From Syncephalis fuscata S228 (Eukaryota > Fungi > Zoopagomycota): a stretch of 64,000 nucleotides of DNA. Where the stretch lies: contig JAHLTZ010000021.1 in the NCBI GenBank assembly GCA_025786725.1, positions 1 to 64,000 on the forward strand, written 5' to 3'. The notes under the pieces are model-generated. The model ran no database searches and had not been told where the DNA came from. It was given only the letters and a program-made list of their open reading frames with translations. Numbering within the stretch: position 1 is the stretch's first letter; each line of letters starts with the position of its first letter. The position numbers and the translations under genes are program-made. Below, in pieces: positions 35,701 to 51,210 of this stretch.

Positions 35701-38700
35701 ATTTACTTGAACAAATGGTACAGGCTGTGATAGAGCTAATGCTAGACTAATATCTAGATAATCCACCGATGCCACTTGTACATATCCAATAGCCTGTATT
35801 AATCAGTATATTAATGTTAGTTACTACTACTGACGATTAATTGATAACCTACACTCCAATAAGCACGACTATACAAATTAACACGATATTCCAATCCTTG
35901 ATCTGATAATAAAGTTGCTGCATCTTCTACTAGCCATAATGAAGCATCTCTAGTGATTGTCTTTACTTCCAATGTGTGCATATCTGGTTGCATATGCGTT
36001 GATATCTATATATATATTCATTAGTATTAATTTATATATATATAGTTAGTATAGTATCAATTACCTTAATCGATTGTAGAAGAAGTGCCGCTCTAGATGT
36101 ACTGGTAGGCGACTGATAATCAAAACATAGATCGTTAAATGAAACCATAGCTTGAATATACCGTCTAACATTATCAACTTGTGGTAACTATATTCATATT
36201 TATATTTATATTCATATTAATGATCTATTTAATTAAATATCTTATTATTACTTACATCTTCAGGACTTGATGCCCATTGAGCAATAATGCTAAATGTTGC
36301 ATATCTGGTGATACACGTAACACGACATCATTCGTAGTCAAATTCACAATCATATTCTGGATTTGACTTGTATCAGGAATAGTGGTGGTTTGAATAGAAA
36401 GTGAAAAGGCCGGTTTACTCGACTAGATATAACATTAATATATAGATATAGATATACATATACATATAACATTAATATATATAGATATATTCTACTTACT
36501 AGTGGTGTTACTGATCTATCTCGGAATAAAAAGGTCGTTTGAGCACCATCTGATAGTTCATGGGCTATAAAGAATGCCTCACCATTAAGAAATGCCATAT
36601 TCTATTTAATAGACATTAATATTATTAACTATTTAATATATTTATCCAATTACCTTATTAGATGTCTGTTTTAGTGTAAATAGATCTAATTGCACTATTT
36701 GTATTCTATAACCAATAGCTTCAGTAGATTGATGTCGAGGTACTGAACTTGTTGATGAACCAATTCTTGAACTGTCATCATCGTCCTCTTCATCGTCACT
36801 GTTAGCTTTACTTCTCCTACTTTTCTTATTCAAATGACTGTGGTTGTCCGAAAAGAATGAAGAAGTAGTAGTTGGTATATCACACATCAAGTTCACGGTC
36901 ACTATAGAGTAGTTACATTAATAGATACTACATACTAATAAATAGCTAATAATTACCTTGACCAATACGTAGCATACCAGCCATAGGATGCATGGGCAAT
37001 GCCGGTGCCGCTTGATCATCGCGTAATCCAGACGTTGTTGACTGTGCTTCATAATAAACACTAGATACATCACTAATCATTGAGGCATGTTCAGAGTATG
37101 AACTATCCAGTAATGGTACATCGATGGAACTCGTCATATATGGAGATGTACGATGATCATCACTATTACGATAATGATCTGTACTTGTAAGTAGAGGTGA
37201 AGGTGGAGTAATCGATATAGGTTCCCATACTGATAAATGGGCACCAATCGTCAATAACGTGTCATAAATTGACTTTGTTAACGTAATATCCACAGTGGGT
37301 AATTGACCATCCAATACGATGAGCTATTATTAGTATAATAACAATAAATTAGTTAACTATTTAATATTAATGTTTAATATCTAGTTAATTACCGAATGTT
37401 CTAGTGATCGTTGTTTAAAGTATAACAATCTTCATCTTCAATCATTGTACACGAACACGTTCATCGCCTTCAAATACAGTGAATATTTGTTGTACTCCTT
37501 CTGTACCCTCTACATTGGGTGGACTGGATACATGAGATGGACCAGTGGACAGTTTAATAGATGATTTGGGTCTTAATGTAATATCCAATGTGGGTAATTG
37601 ATCAGTGCTAGATATCGATAGAAAGTGAACAGTCTTATTTTGGCCTATATAATACAGATATTATTAGTATAAATAGTTAATATATCTATATGTCTACTAA
37701 CATGATCGATCACGTATAAATCCATGAATGGCTCCACATGATAGACGGAATTGATCAACATCGCTATTCTGTGAATAACTATTTGTCTTATTTATTCTAT
37801 CACTTTGATGATGATGCTGATGATGATGTCGTGTATTCATCGGTGTTGAAGTAGAGGATGGATCATTTAATGATATTTCACCCAATCCTAATTCTTCACC
37901 TGATTGTAAACTGGGTTGTAACAAATCAAATTGAAGTGATTCAACTAAATGATCCATTGTATTGGTGGTCTTTTTAAATCCATCAGGAATACCAATATCA
38001 ACGCGTATTAATGCCGTTGACCATTTAAAGGTACCACGTTTACGTATTAATTGTCCATCCTTGTTTAATGACTATTAATTATTAGTGTAAATAATAATAA
38101 TAATAATAATAATAATATAATATATATATATAAAGATACAATTACTTACAGAAGGTAGATTTGACGTATTTGAAAATGATGGCTGTCCCAAATCATCAAA
38201 TACACATTGAGCCATTGAATCTACTTGACCTCGTCTACGACTATTCATTCGATATCTAATGGATACAAATATAAATATTATACTATTAATTAATATACTA
38301 TTATTACTTACTCTGATTCAAATGAAGTATTTAAACCATTACCAGATACTCGCGACATTCTATCGTGCATATTATTTTTATCTAATCGTTTTTGATGTTG
38401 TCGCTGTTGTTGCTGTTGATACAATTGAACCATTTCAAAATAGATTTTAAACTGCTCAAGTCGTTTTAAATCCAAATTGAATTGAATTGGCTGTGTCTTT
38501 ATAATACAGTCTATAATAACCATAATAGTATTAATACATGTTGTTATTAGTATCAAGTATAATATTTGTTACCTTGATCTCCATCCAATGTCATATGGCA
38601 GGTTAATACATGGTCTTTTGACAATGAATCCTTATCAATATCATTACTATTCTCTCTATTCAATTCACTGTTATTATTAATATCGTCATAAATAGATAAC

Positions 38701-41505
38701 AAATCAGTAGAAAATGTTAATATCGGTTCATATTGATTAACATTACTAGGACGTGAATGGGCCGCCGATGGCTGATCATTAACAGGAATATCTTCATTAT
38801 CTGTCGATACTTTAGTAAACCATGATAATAACTGAGTTGGACCTAGTTTAATATCCAATGTTGTACGTTTTGGTATTAATCCAGATTGATTATGCTTAGA
38901 TTGATGTATTGCAGTCATTCGTTGAGAACGACGATTTTTCTGTAATGTATGGAAACATTGCCAATTCATATCAATTTGTTCCATCGACCATTTTAAATGA
39001 TTTTCTTTAGAAGCCAATTGATGTACGCGTTGAATTTCTCCAATTTCATCACAATTAGTATGATCAGTATTAATTGGGAATGATAATGTAATAGTCGATT
39101 CTTCAAGCATTAAAAATACATTCAATTCCAATAGTTTCAATTGAATATGACCAATTAACGATTCAGATACTGTTGATTTTGGTGTTGTTGTTGTTAATGA
39201 AGTAACAGTAGCATTAGATTTAGTAGAGGTCCGTAAATGATTGAATTGCATCGCTGGATGTTGTCGCGATTGATTTGCTTGTTCATCCATTTCTTCCAAG
39301 GTCATAGAAGTTAAATCTTCAAGAATCATTTTGCTAGTTAATACATCAGTCATTATTTCTGGTTCTGATAGTGTTGGTTGCTGCATTAACATGTTATCTG
39401 ATGTAGAAGATGGCGATGCTAGTGGTTGGAATAGATCAACCCAAATAGAGCCATCCTCTTCTTCTTCATTCTCGCCTCTTACACGAGATGTATTTGGATT
39501 AGATATTTGTCTCTTATTCGACACATTACCAGTTGTGGTTGTATGAGTACGCGTTGTATTTGTTGTTTCAAAGGCCCATTGTGATATTCTCGCCTCTTTA
39601 TCGTCTACATGAACTGATGGCAATGAATTAGATAGTGAAGACGAAGATGAAGACGAAGTGGTTGTAGTTGTTGTGGGTCTATGATCACCAATTGCTTCAT
39701 TATAATAGATTTCTTCGTCGCGTTCTGCTACTGAAAAGTACATATCAGCCGTCCATTGATCATTGAGTGAAGAGGGCGTTGAAGGTATTGAAGAAGTAGG
39801 CTGGATTATTGTTGTTGAGGCTTTACTAGACACTGATGTGCGCGCTGTTTGGTGTCGTTGTCGTTGTCGTTGTCGTCGTTGTTGTGCTTTCACGGCAGCC
39901 ATTTGGGCTGAAGACGATGTTGACTGTGACCGAATACAACTGTTTCTATAAAGCGTTATTTGATGCATTAACAGCAATAGAATACGGGCATGTTGTGGTG
40001 TAATCATAATCCATAGGGCATTAAGTACGCCCTCTAGTGACCATTGTGAAGGTGTTGATAGTGTAGATCGTTTTAATGAACACTCAATGACATGATCATA
40101 TTGAACGAGTGAACCAATTAAAGAGGCTGATTTAACTCGATCCACTTTTGAAGTGGGCGTGGATAACACGACATCTTCAAGACCTGTACCGTATAATTCA
40201 CGTAACCATACATGGGCTCCTTTGAATATAAGTGATTTCATTACTTGACCAGGTACACTATGGTCAGTGGCAGTCTTTGCTGTATCTGTTTCTGTATCAC
40301 TAGTACTATCTGTATCAGCGCCGTGTTCCATTAATGTAATCATTGGTAGATCAACTTCAATAACCGTGACACTAGAGTGATCTTTTCGATCCATCTCTTC
40401 TTTGTCGACTGTAGATGGATCAGTGGCATTAGTGCTGGTGGGAGTAGATTCATTTAATATGTGCGCGATAGAATGGCCTCTGATAGAATATCGGCATATT
40501 TCTCTCCTTTAGTGCCCATACTTGATTGAAGCCAGTTACTTAGTGTTTCAGTAACTTTGGCGGGTCCATCACTCCAATATTCATCATTTGTACTGCTTAA
40601 TTCATCGGAGGGTGGGTGTACAAGTAGTCTAATACGTGTATCATGTACCATAACCTTGACACGAGAAATCAACCGTTCAATTAGTCCAGCCAGTACTTGA
40701 AGTCCTTCCATGCCACTATCTTCACTAGGAGATGGATAAGAGCTATTACTGTCTAGTAGAATAGACGAAGATGCCGCATCGCTATCGGTAGTTGTAATAT
40801 GTGACAGATTAGAACCTTCCCGTGCCATGGCATAAACTGATGACATAAGCGATTGATGTAGCTCTTTATCTGTAAGATGTTCATCGCTACCATCGTTAAT
40901 AGGTGAAGTTGCTGCCACAGCTGCTGCAAGTGGAATCTCATGTCGTAAGAAATCACCGGCAATATGAATTGATGAAGCCATTAAATGAGATGATTCCATA
41001 TCCATTTCAACTGGTGTGTTATTTTCTATTATTATTGTTTTATATATATATATATATAGATATCATTAATATTATGTATTAATTAACGTATTATATAATA
41101 ATAATACCTGGACTCTTAATTTCTACAACTAGTAAAAAGTCATGTATTTCCAATTGACAATCACCCTGCCATATATTCTTCCAAGGAATAGTAACTGTAA
41201 TTCCTCCAATACGTCCATCAACGACATTAAACGGTAAGTCGGCGGTCATTTCATTGAATATCTATTCATTATATAGTTGTTACTATTACAAGCACTATTA
41301 CTACTCGCCATCTACTTACCTGAACATTTAAGGCCAGTTCACGCAGTTGAACGACACCTTGGCCTAGTTGTACGTCCAAGTTGTCAAGATCCAATTCATC
41401 TCTTAAGAATTGCCCAACAGCTCGTTTTAACAGAAATTTAACCAATCGCTTTTGCAATGCAGCTGGCATAGCCCAGCTAGCAAGAGAAGGCCAGCCTGAT
41501 AACAT
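32715..41505 (-). CDS. ATG2: Autophagy-related lipid transfer protein Atg2, many exons
   Basis: Chorein_N KRLVKFLLKRAVGQFL...LDLDNLDVQLGQG. ATG2 motifs GGFDW, DIEILDHIRTSVWHKFLT and PLRFHIDQDALNF. ATG_C VRAVPVAV-like IRAVPVAVLRPMIGASEAFSKALMGLRN, ending EDKYKSGRQ*. Confidence 0.95.
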
Positions 41506-42065
41506 GATGACAGAAAGATAGTATGTTTAACTATAGACTAAAGTGGTAGTCACACACACACACACACACACACACGCAATACACGCAGAAGTGAGATAGA
41601 CTGTGGCTATGAATGGATAGTAGTAGTAGTAGTAGTAGTAATACAGATATAAATAACAATCACGACAAAAAAAGCATTGACAAGTGGCAATATATGTTTG
41701 TTGCTATCACTACTGCACTGGGTTCACAAGCAATAAAGAAAGAAGAAACGGAAAGGAAAGAAACGAGAAGGAAAGTAGGCGTGGTTTGTAGATTTGAAGA
41801 ATAAAAGTGTAATTATGACTTATGTGTACCATATGCATAATAGGTATAACTATTTGTATGTATATTTATATGAGTGGTCACAGTGACAAGGTCAATATAT
41901 TTGTGTGTGTGTAGTCTCCTTTTTATTGAATGTGAATTCATGCTTATTGATTCACACTGTCAAAGGACAGTCACGAGGACATAGACTGGAGTGGTTGGTT
42001 AGTTTAGTTTGCTGTTTTAGATTTAAATCGGGGTTTATTACGGTTATTGTGTTATAGCTTTATGA

Positions 42066-43363
42066 CTAAGTTTTTGTTTTGGGTGATAGATAGGCAGGAA
42101 GTATAGATTCTAAAGAGGTTGGCTGTATTCCTAGATCCATTAGACCAAGTGCTGCGTCGTCTACTTTGTTGTCTATTTGTAATAAGCGAACTTGATCTCG
42201 AGTAATGGTAAATAGATTGATGGGTAGTCGTTCCATAATGGCGCCTGTAAATAGGCAACTGACCAAGGAAGTGAAATGATCGGTCGGGATAGTTGGGCTG
42301 TTTTTAAACAAAGTGCTATCATCTGTCGATAAGTGTAGACTATACAGGATATGTTAATAGATTGGACGAGTAAAGAGGCTATACTTGCTTGTAGGTCCAC
42401 CGAGTTCAATGATCTTGCCACGTACATCTAGTTCGCCGTTATTTCTTAGGCCAGTCTTTATTTGTTCGGTTAATGTACTGCATTTCGTGCCTCTATCGAC
42501 ACAAGTGTGCACGGCACGTGCTACATCTTCCACGTAAACAGGCTGAAAGCGTGTTTGTCCACCACCAAATATGGCATAATGGGCATATAACGAGCTAGTC
42601 GAACAAAGCGCTGTCGTGTCATTATGGTTTAGCTAGTGCCACGTTGAGCGTTGGTTAAAAGTAACGCTTACATTAAAAAAGTCATCTTCAGGCCCAAAAA
42701 CAATACTTGGTCGTAAGATAGTCGCGTCGGGATGAGCGGCCCTTACCGCTTGTTCTCCCAATCCTATTATTATTATTATTATTATTGTTGTTGTTATTAA
42801 TATGAGTCATTAAGTGTGCTTCGAATAGTGGTTATACGCGTAATAATTACCTTTGCTTTGAGCATAGGGAACAATGCTTGTGGGATCAGCGCCAATGGCA
42901 CTAATATGAACTAACTGGGCACCAGCAGCATGTGCAGCTCTGGCGACTCGCCCTGCTCCTACATGTTGTACTGAGTCGAATTGGTTGTTACGGCTCTCAT
43001 GCATGATGCCTACGAGATTGATAACAACGTCTGCATTGTTGCAGGCTTGTTGTATACTGTTCTCGTTCTGTATATCTACAGTGGCTGGTTCTGGTAATTG
43101 GGCATCTGCCGCGTGTAGAACACTATACGTGGTATTCGGTCCCTTGGGATGACGTGACGCCAATTGTACTTGGAGACCCGGATGAGTTAGGAGGGATTTA
43201 GCAATAGAGCGCCCTAAGTAGTATATTAAAAATAAAGTGCACGTAGTTTATTAGTCCCGTCTAGTTACTGGCCTTATTGACGCCGGTTTACTAGTAATGT
43301 GCTCCTACCTAAGAATCCCGAGCCTCCAATGACTAATACTTTACGAGTGCTGCTTGTTGACAT
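42066..43363 (-). CDS. Atypical SDR, complex I NDUFA9 (39-kDa subunit)-like NAD(P)-binding protein
   Basis: [65 protein letters not shown]. Three or more introns. Confidence 0.85.
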
Positions 43364-43823
43364 AATAACAGTGAAGATAAAGGTAACGATATTGATGTTG
43401 TATACAAATTTGGCTTAGTGTTTATATAACGCGTACAATATCCAATAAAAATGCTTGCCCTGTTAGTGATCAAGTAACAAAGCAATTAAATTACAAGTTA
43501 AGGCTTGTGCTTTTATTACTCATGTCAGCGTGTCTTGGTTTTATACAATTGCCTATACATATCACTGCCTGTTTAATGCAGATGCAGGGGCTACACCTGT
43601 ATAGGTAGATCGTTTAATTACTATACATTTAACACTATTTATGTATTAGTAATTTAACAGTGGGCTAGTAGTGTGCTATTTATCAATGATATATATATAT
43701 GAGCTTATTATACTGTTTGTATCATCGAATATTTATAAATAACAGAGTATAAAACTAATAATGCACAATGTAGAGGCCGAGCTAATGGAGTGGTAGAACA
43801 GCAGTCGAATATTGTTACACATT

Positions 43824-45592
43824 CTAAACTAGTTCTGTATCCGGCTTCTTAAAGATAGCGATGCAACTTTTGTAGAGGGGACTTGCTGTTAGTAGTTGGC
43901 AAAGATAGCTGCAAGGCGACTGATTATTCTGACCATCAGGGCCTAAAGACCATAAGATTGCGAATAAGCCAGTTAGATCGCTGACATCGCTAAGAAAGCC
44001 TTGGAGTAGAATAAGAAAAGAATTGGGCGCTTCAGTACGAACATCGCTGAGTATTTCATTGGCTATACGCAGAACAAAAGCAACATAACATATAATAGAC
44101 GTTCTCGTCATCTGAATAATAAATAATAAATACAACTTGTTAGTGTGTATAATGAACTAATTGTTTTGTTACACGTACTGAGACCAAAGCTTGTCTAGTA
44201 GAGGCACTCAAGTGATTATTTTGTTTCATTCTTAAAAATATCTTTCCTAAACATATGTTGAATAAGTAAGAATAGATTGGAAAGCATTATAAATTACCTT
44301 GATATGCAAAACTAGGGCCAATAACAAGGTATATAGTAAGGTTCACGTAAAGGTTAATTATTCTGATCCAGTAACGTCCAGCGTAATCCATTTGGAACCA
44401 ATAAACCAACTCGATCGACTGGGCAATAATGAATATTTGACTGCCCATATAAAGCATGTATTTAAGATTATTTGAAGGAGGAGTGCCACGAACACCAGCT
44501 ATTGCCAAACACCTATTCATCTGTGGGTTAAACTACGCCCTACTGTAGATATATGAACAATTTACCAAAGCTGTAACAGCAGGAAGAATGCAGTTATAAA
44601 AAATATATGAGATATCTTGTTGAAGACACTGGAAAGAAATGGCAAATAGTATCCAATTTCGGAAAAAGACATGACTAATAGTTGTAATTACAGTAAATAT
44701 GAATTGCTTAATGTATTGCGGTTGTAGTAGCTTACACATAGAAGAAAGTATCCCAAGAACAACCACCAAGTTTCGCTTTGAAATATGAAAATTGCCATGT
44801 TTGATCAGTAAAAAAATATTGATTATAACCGGAATGGTCATAAATGCATTGATTAAAAGTATAATACACTGGGATGTGGTATATTCATCTATCGATTGTC
44901 GCAAGTCGGTCGGATTGGCGGCTTTTGAATGAATTGGTTAATAATTAGTGCATTTATATGATTAAATTACTTACGCTGTGACAATCTAAGGTTTATAAGA
45001 TATGATGAGTTTTCAAAATGCTTCTTTACTTCAGGGGCATGGACAGATGGCAATAAAGCAATGGGACCTACTTCGGGACTTAAATTAAACGAGGGTCGTG
45101 TTTCACTCTTTAATATAATAAGTGCACCATTGACTTTTGGATGGGTGGTAATTTCAGTATCGTCATTAAATTTTAGGATAGCATCAGTAATCTAGAAGGC
45201 GCACATAGACCGTTAGTGCATTGAATGCTAGCATTGCGGCCACCTACCCTGCTTAACGGTACGCAGCCAGCAAACTCTGCCTCTTCTTGATTTACAACAA
45301 GGATAATCTCAGTCTGGTTGGTTCTTTTAAAGAAAGAGTTACTGGGTGTTAGGTTACGCGGTGTTGTATGAAATTCACAGTCTCGGCCCCTTAACATAGT
45401 ATAGAAAAGGGATCCCTCGAGGTCATAAGGCATTGGATTGCCGTAAAAAGAATCGAAAATCTGATATCTGGACAGTTTATCATTTTTGTGGAATGTCAGA
45501 AAAGCGCTAGGAGGCTGTGCCAGACAGCAGGTGTGGAATGGAGCAATAATTTGCCAAGTAATTAACAATACTAGCGCTACAAGACGGTTCAT
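43824..45592 (-). CDS. Signal peptide + extracellular (PA-like) domain + multi-pass membrane protein; fragmented by frameshifts and introns
   Basis: Collinear minus-strand ORFs 45173-45622, 44533-44904, 44287-44520 and 43824-44135 give a signal peptide followed by several TM helices. Exact exon structure is unresolved. Confidence 0.55.
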
Positions 45593-46500
45593 GGTATCTA
45601 TGGAATGTGGTTCAGGCTGCAAAGAACATTTACAATGAACTTTAATAAATAAATAAATATGAAATAGGCTATAGCCTCGAAAACCTGTTTGCGTATCACG
45701 TCTCTAACCTCAAACTATATATTGTTCATTGTTATTGATGTGCAGCTCTTGCGAATTGTTATTTAATACAAGCAAGCCACACGCGACGTTTGAGATTTGT
45801 CTCCCTTCGCATTGTTCCAATGTACCCGGGTACTAATCACTTTGTTCAATCCAGTGGTATCTATTATGAATGGATCTATTGTATCTACATTCGGCGTCTA
45901 TTTTGCCACTTGCCATGTAACTTACTGTTGAAAACTGCTATTCGCAGCCAACTCGAGACCCACATGGCAATGATGCTCATTAAAACACCGTTTTTTTAAA
46001 ACATTTATCGAATAATAATAAAATTATAGCTAAAGCCCGAGATCTATCTGATACACGACTATATTGTATGAAACCAATACAAGCGCTGTTTAATTAAAGC
46101 TACTTGAATTACTAAGCTATGTCTTGTTAATTGGCAATATACTGCACACCCATCTTTTTATCTCAATGTCAACAATGACGGTACAAATGTTTTTATTGTT
46201 ATCGAGACTGAGCGTTGAATTATTGCAAATTGAATGGTTTTCTGTAAAATAGATATAGTTTTAATTGAATTTAACATGATAATAAAATTTATATAATGAA
46301 TTTCGACTAAACAGCAATAGTAAATAGTGGCATGTGAGCAATTACAAATATGATCTTTTATACATTAATGTTAATACAAACTGCTTTATTAGTTTATAAT
46401 GCTCACACTAGACCGTTCTATTACGATAACATTCGACGTCTGTACTTCTTTACTTTTTTTTGAGTTGCTTTGTTTCGCTTATTTGTTTACTCATTGCAAA

Positions 46501-47991
46501 ATGTCGGTTGCTGATCAATTCCGACAAGGCCAGGCACTGTATGTGCTATAGAAGAAAGCTCCCTGTCATCAGGAGACGCACAATTCCAAGTAAGAGTCGA
46601 GTTCTAGTCGTTGTATGTGACAGTAAGTTCATGTTGATCGTTTACTAGGCGCAGCTTGGGCAGGCGATTGAAAGGTTTGAGGCCTGCGCACGAGATGTAC
46701 AGTCGCTCTCTTTGTTTAGTGACAATGAGACACTCGACGATCTGTCTACAAGTTATCTTCGGTAGGCAGAATATATATATAGTACGAACAGCAACAGATT
46801 GACCAACTAATTCTAACATGCAGCTTCTTGTTACTAGACGCTTATTTAGCAGAATTAGTCATGAAACGAACTAATACTAATAGTGGTGGTGATAGCCATG
46901 GCGGTAGTGGTGCTACACAGCGACAGGCCATATTAGATACAGTTACGGTAAGTGATAGTAGTATAACTATTCAATAATTAAAATAACCTTAACTAATAAT
47001 ACACAAATAATTTAGCAACATTTACGCAAATTTTTAAATCTATGTGATAATTATAGTTTAATATCGAACAAGTAGGAATGAATATGAATGTAATTGTTGA
47101 ATTATAACCGTTTTATGTAGGAAAAAAGCTATATTGAAAGAATAATGCAAGGTGTACTTCATACATCTGGATCAAAAGAAGCGGACAAATCTGAGGTCAT
47201 TATCAGTGCAGCCAGAAAACGTGAAGAAAAGATTGAACGCTACAAACGAGAGAAAGTGATGAAAGAAAAAATCGATGCAAGTGTCAATATGCACAAATGG
47301 GTAAACAATTACTAAATCATGATACAGGAACTGCAAAGACAGCTGGAACAAGCAAAAGAAGACGTTGATGCCGATACTGATGAACTTGATCGATCGCTGA
47401 TTTTAACGCTTATTCAACTGTTTATACAAAAGTCCAGTGAACACTTGCAAAGTATTCAACAAGAACGGGAGATGCTAAAGATGATGCTTTCCCGCGAACA
47501 AGAAAGCCAGCATAAGAAAAGTGACAGCCAGTTGGATACACGTACGCCTTCATCGCTTACTAATGCACAAGGCCCACTACTCTCCTCTACGGGCCAGGTA
47601 AGTGTCTAGTAACGGCCCGGTGATATGCACTATGTAATAACATGCGATTACTGCTATCTAGCCATTACGTCCATTTGTTATCACCAGTCAACGAGAACAA
47701 ATACTACAGGGCGTATTCCGTCCTGGCTGGCGTCTACCCACCATGTCTATTGATGAGTATTTAGAACAAGAACGGGAACGTGGTAATATTATTGAAGGAG
47801 GAGGGTAAGTAGCGAAAGATTAAAATCGTTATCATTGGCTTATTTGACATTAGGGCCGAGTCTGGCAAGAAAAAGTTGATTGACGAGGATAATGAAGAAG
47901 AAGTGGACGCAAAGACGTATAAAGATCGCGAGTGGGACGACTTCAAAGATGACAATCCACGCGGCTGGGGTAATAGAAAGGCAAAGGATAG
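46501..47991 (+). CDS. TAP42: TAP42/IGBP1 (alpha4) PP2A regulatory protein, multi-exon
   Basis: SLFSDNETLDDLST, RKREEKIERYKREK, PFVITSQR, VFRPGWRLPTMSIDEYL, WDDFKDDNPRGWGN. Both ends are approximate. Confidence 0.9.
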
Positions 47992-48680
47992 CCTAGAAGG
48001 AGTGAAAAATAAACATGATTAGTATGTAGTAGATACACACACACACATGTATGATAGTAGATGATACACACACACACAATACATGTGACATTTTCTTTTT
48101 TCACTCTGCAATATGTACTTGTGTTTGGATGTGTACTTTTTGTCAACAAAAACACAATAAATTCATGTGAATAACATTGTTTGTTTCCCATTATTGACGT
48201 CGTGTAACAAATGTGCGGGGGCTGTGTAAACTACACGGTCAAACAGTCGAGTAAATAGTATCATAAACTCTAGTAGAATACAACGAATCACGCGGTATGC
48301 AAGGAGGGACTGCATGCATGTACGTTTCAAACGACGTGCAGAGTGTTTCATCCGTGCATTTAAAACCAGCTAAACCGCTAAATTAACAAAGGCAGCGTTT
48401 GCGGTCATATGCATGTCATTAGTTTAACACTTGAGACGTTTAGGATGCCATTGCAGTGACACGTAACAGTCGAACAGGCCAGTAGGGGGTGGCCTTGGTG
48501 CTTTGTCACACGTATTTGCTTATTTAGCAACTGTTTTGATGACTTTGCCTTAAATTAAATTAAAATTCAAACTCCGCTTTGAACAATTTACAGCTTTGTT
48601 TATTTTTTATCTTTTCATTCTTGCTCGTTTTATTCTATACATGCCCATCTATTATTGCCGCATAGTGCGTATAGCTCAGC

Positions 48681-51210
48681 ATGGTAAAGCCACCAAATTT
48701 GAAATATACCACATCGGCAACTATGCCTCCCTTATGTTCTTCATCGCATCCGCATCATCGACGTCGATTTTTTTCAAAATTATTTTGTAAATGGAAAATA
48801 CCCTTTCGTATGCCAAATATCTCTTTTGGACGTGCAATAAATCGCCGCAATTACCCATTGTTGTACCATCGATCTCGGCAGCGGCAGTGCCGTCAACCAT
48901 GCCGGAAATGTCGTTCAACAACGAACCACAAAGAACTTATTCCCAATCATCTACCGCCAGTCGCGCTACCGCCGGTCATAGTAATTCGATGCCGCCTATT
49001 GCCCCGGTAACGCCGTCGCCGTCGCTATTGTCGTCTTCGTTATTATCGCCACCTTCGCCAGCGTCAATGCCCATTCGATCGTCTAAATCATCAAAGCCAT
49101 CGATATTCAAATTTTGTTTACCATGTTTTTGTTTTAAACCATTTTCGACGATTAGTCGGAAAATACGGTCGCGCCGATCATCAGATCATACTTTATTTAG
49201 TCGTTATCGTCGTAGTAAATCAATGTCTACAATGATGTCGGCTGTGCGTACGCCATCTTTGCCTACATTAAAGCTATTACCAAGTCGTCTTACATTGCGG
49301 GCATGGCGTGATAGAACTTCTCAATCGCGTACACGAGCCGAAATGCTTGACTTGCTTACACCGGAAATATGGCGTCTAGTTTTGTATCATTTGGATCCAT
49401 GGACGGCAATTCAGCTAGCATCTACTAATCGTTATTATCGATCAGTTATTATTTACGATCAGCAAGTATGGCGTTATTTTTATTTAGCAAAGTTTTGTTA
49501 CACGATGATGTAGAAAAAGAATTATTACGTTGGACTATTGCTCATTCTGATGATAGTCTATCGTATCCATCAATGACTACGACATTAGATATACAAGAAG
49601 CGCGCCACTTTTTACTTGAACCATCCGTGGCTGAGCCATTGCACGTAACGCTAACCTGGCCATCTAATTTGTCCGACGAGGCCCTTGCTACAACACGTGG
49701 CAATTGGTATCGTCGATTTGCCCGCCGAGCTCGATTGGAATGGCGCTGGCGACATGATCACTCGATCACTCGTCAGCTAAATCTGTCAGAGTCGCGATCG
49801 CGTCAATTAAGGGCGAGACCTATCGCTGCAGGTGCTTGGGGCACTTTATTATGTTTGCAGGATAATGAGAAGGGCCATGGGCAGTTAATATTTATTCTTG
49901 TACCAACAGAGCCCATGCTATTGCCCTCTATTGATTCGCCTGCACCATTGCCTTCCTCTCTTCCAGATCTTCTTTTATTAAATGGTCCACCCTTTAGTGA
50001 TCTAGACCATCCCACCATTAATAGCCGATTTATTGCTACCTGTGGCAATATTTTATTTAATTCCAGTGGCTGTAAACAGGAAAATGTGCCAACAGCACGT
50101 TTATTAATTGTATGGGCGATTGGAAAACCTCGTCCAGTCTACCAGTTTAAGGTAGATCACCATGCCCAGGTAGTGGATTTACGCGACGCTTGGCTGCTAT
50201 TGCGCGAGCGTTCAACTTTAACCAGCTCCTGGCAATATACACTTCATCATTTGGATAGTGGTCAAAGACTATCCCGCTCCTTTACCGCCTCTTTTGGCTG
50301 TCATATCCAGCGTACTAATCTAAATAGCGCTTGGGTATTTTGTGCTCGTCAGTTGGATTCAACAGCCATTGCTAGTACAAATAGTAGCACGGCCAATGTG
50401 GTGTCATGGACTGATAAAGGCCATTGTGTTTGGCAATTACTTCGATTTCAACTGTCCGACGCTACAAATAGCAATGATACCAATTGCTTTATTAGCATGC
50501 GTATCACCGGTGAAGGTAGCAGTCTAACTGTTGTGGGCAGTGCAATGAGCACAGGTCGACGACGCACCATTCGACACGATGACCATCACGCCGCTTTAGT
50601 TGAAATGGGCGTGTCTTTAGATGATGTCACAGCATTGGAGGTTACTTTGTTGGATTTACGACAAAGCCGAGTTTTGCGCAGAGAACGTTTTACATCGACG
50701 GCAAATATGGCCTCAAACACAAACGCTGCGACACTTGGGCCAGATGGCAATGACGCCCTATTAGACGTCACGCCTTGGCTATTAGCTTCGCCACTCCGCT
50801 CACCTCCTATGCATCACTTGTTTTCTCGTGGAGTCGTTGATCGTCGTTATCGTCCGCAGATTGTTGGTGATGCGGCAATACAGTTGCACAGTCGTCTATT
50901 TGGTCAATTGCACATTCACTATGAATATCCTTTGGCTCGATCTTCACTTCCTAACGAACATGTCGAGGCAATTTGTATATTTGATGCACGTACAACCATA
51001 GGATCTGTGATGTTGGCAAACAACGCAGAAGAGGAAAAGCCGACACCATCTTACGGCTATTATCCAAACCAAACAAGCGATGTACCTCGTCGAATTACAC
51101 GCCTTCAGTTGCCAAACCATGTACTTTTGCGGCATCTAGTTACTTCACCTGTCCATCTGGCATATCTACAGCCGGAGGATGCACTTTTACAAATTATTCA
51201 GTTTGCTTAA
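48681..51210 (+). CDS. F-box protein with long Ser/Pro/Arg-rich N-terminus and beta-rich C-terminal region; frameshift at ~49495
   Basis: F-box LLTPEIWRLVLYHLDPWTAIQLASTNRYYR at the end of ORF 48791-49513 continues into ORF 49468-51210. The start is uncertain (48681 vs 48791). Confidence 0.7.

Noticed and set aside
41551-41640. (CA)n and (AGT)n microsatellites upstream of ATG2, and (TA)n/(AAT)n tracts elsewhere
   Set aside because: Ordinary simple repeats, common throughout this window.
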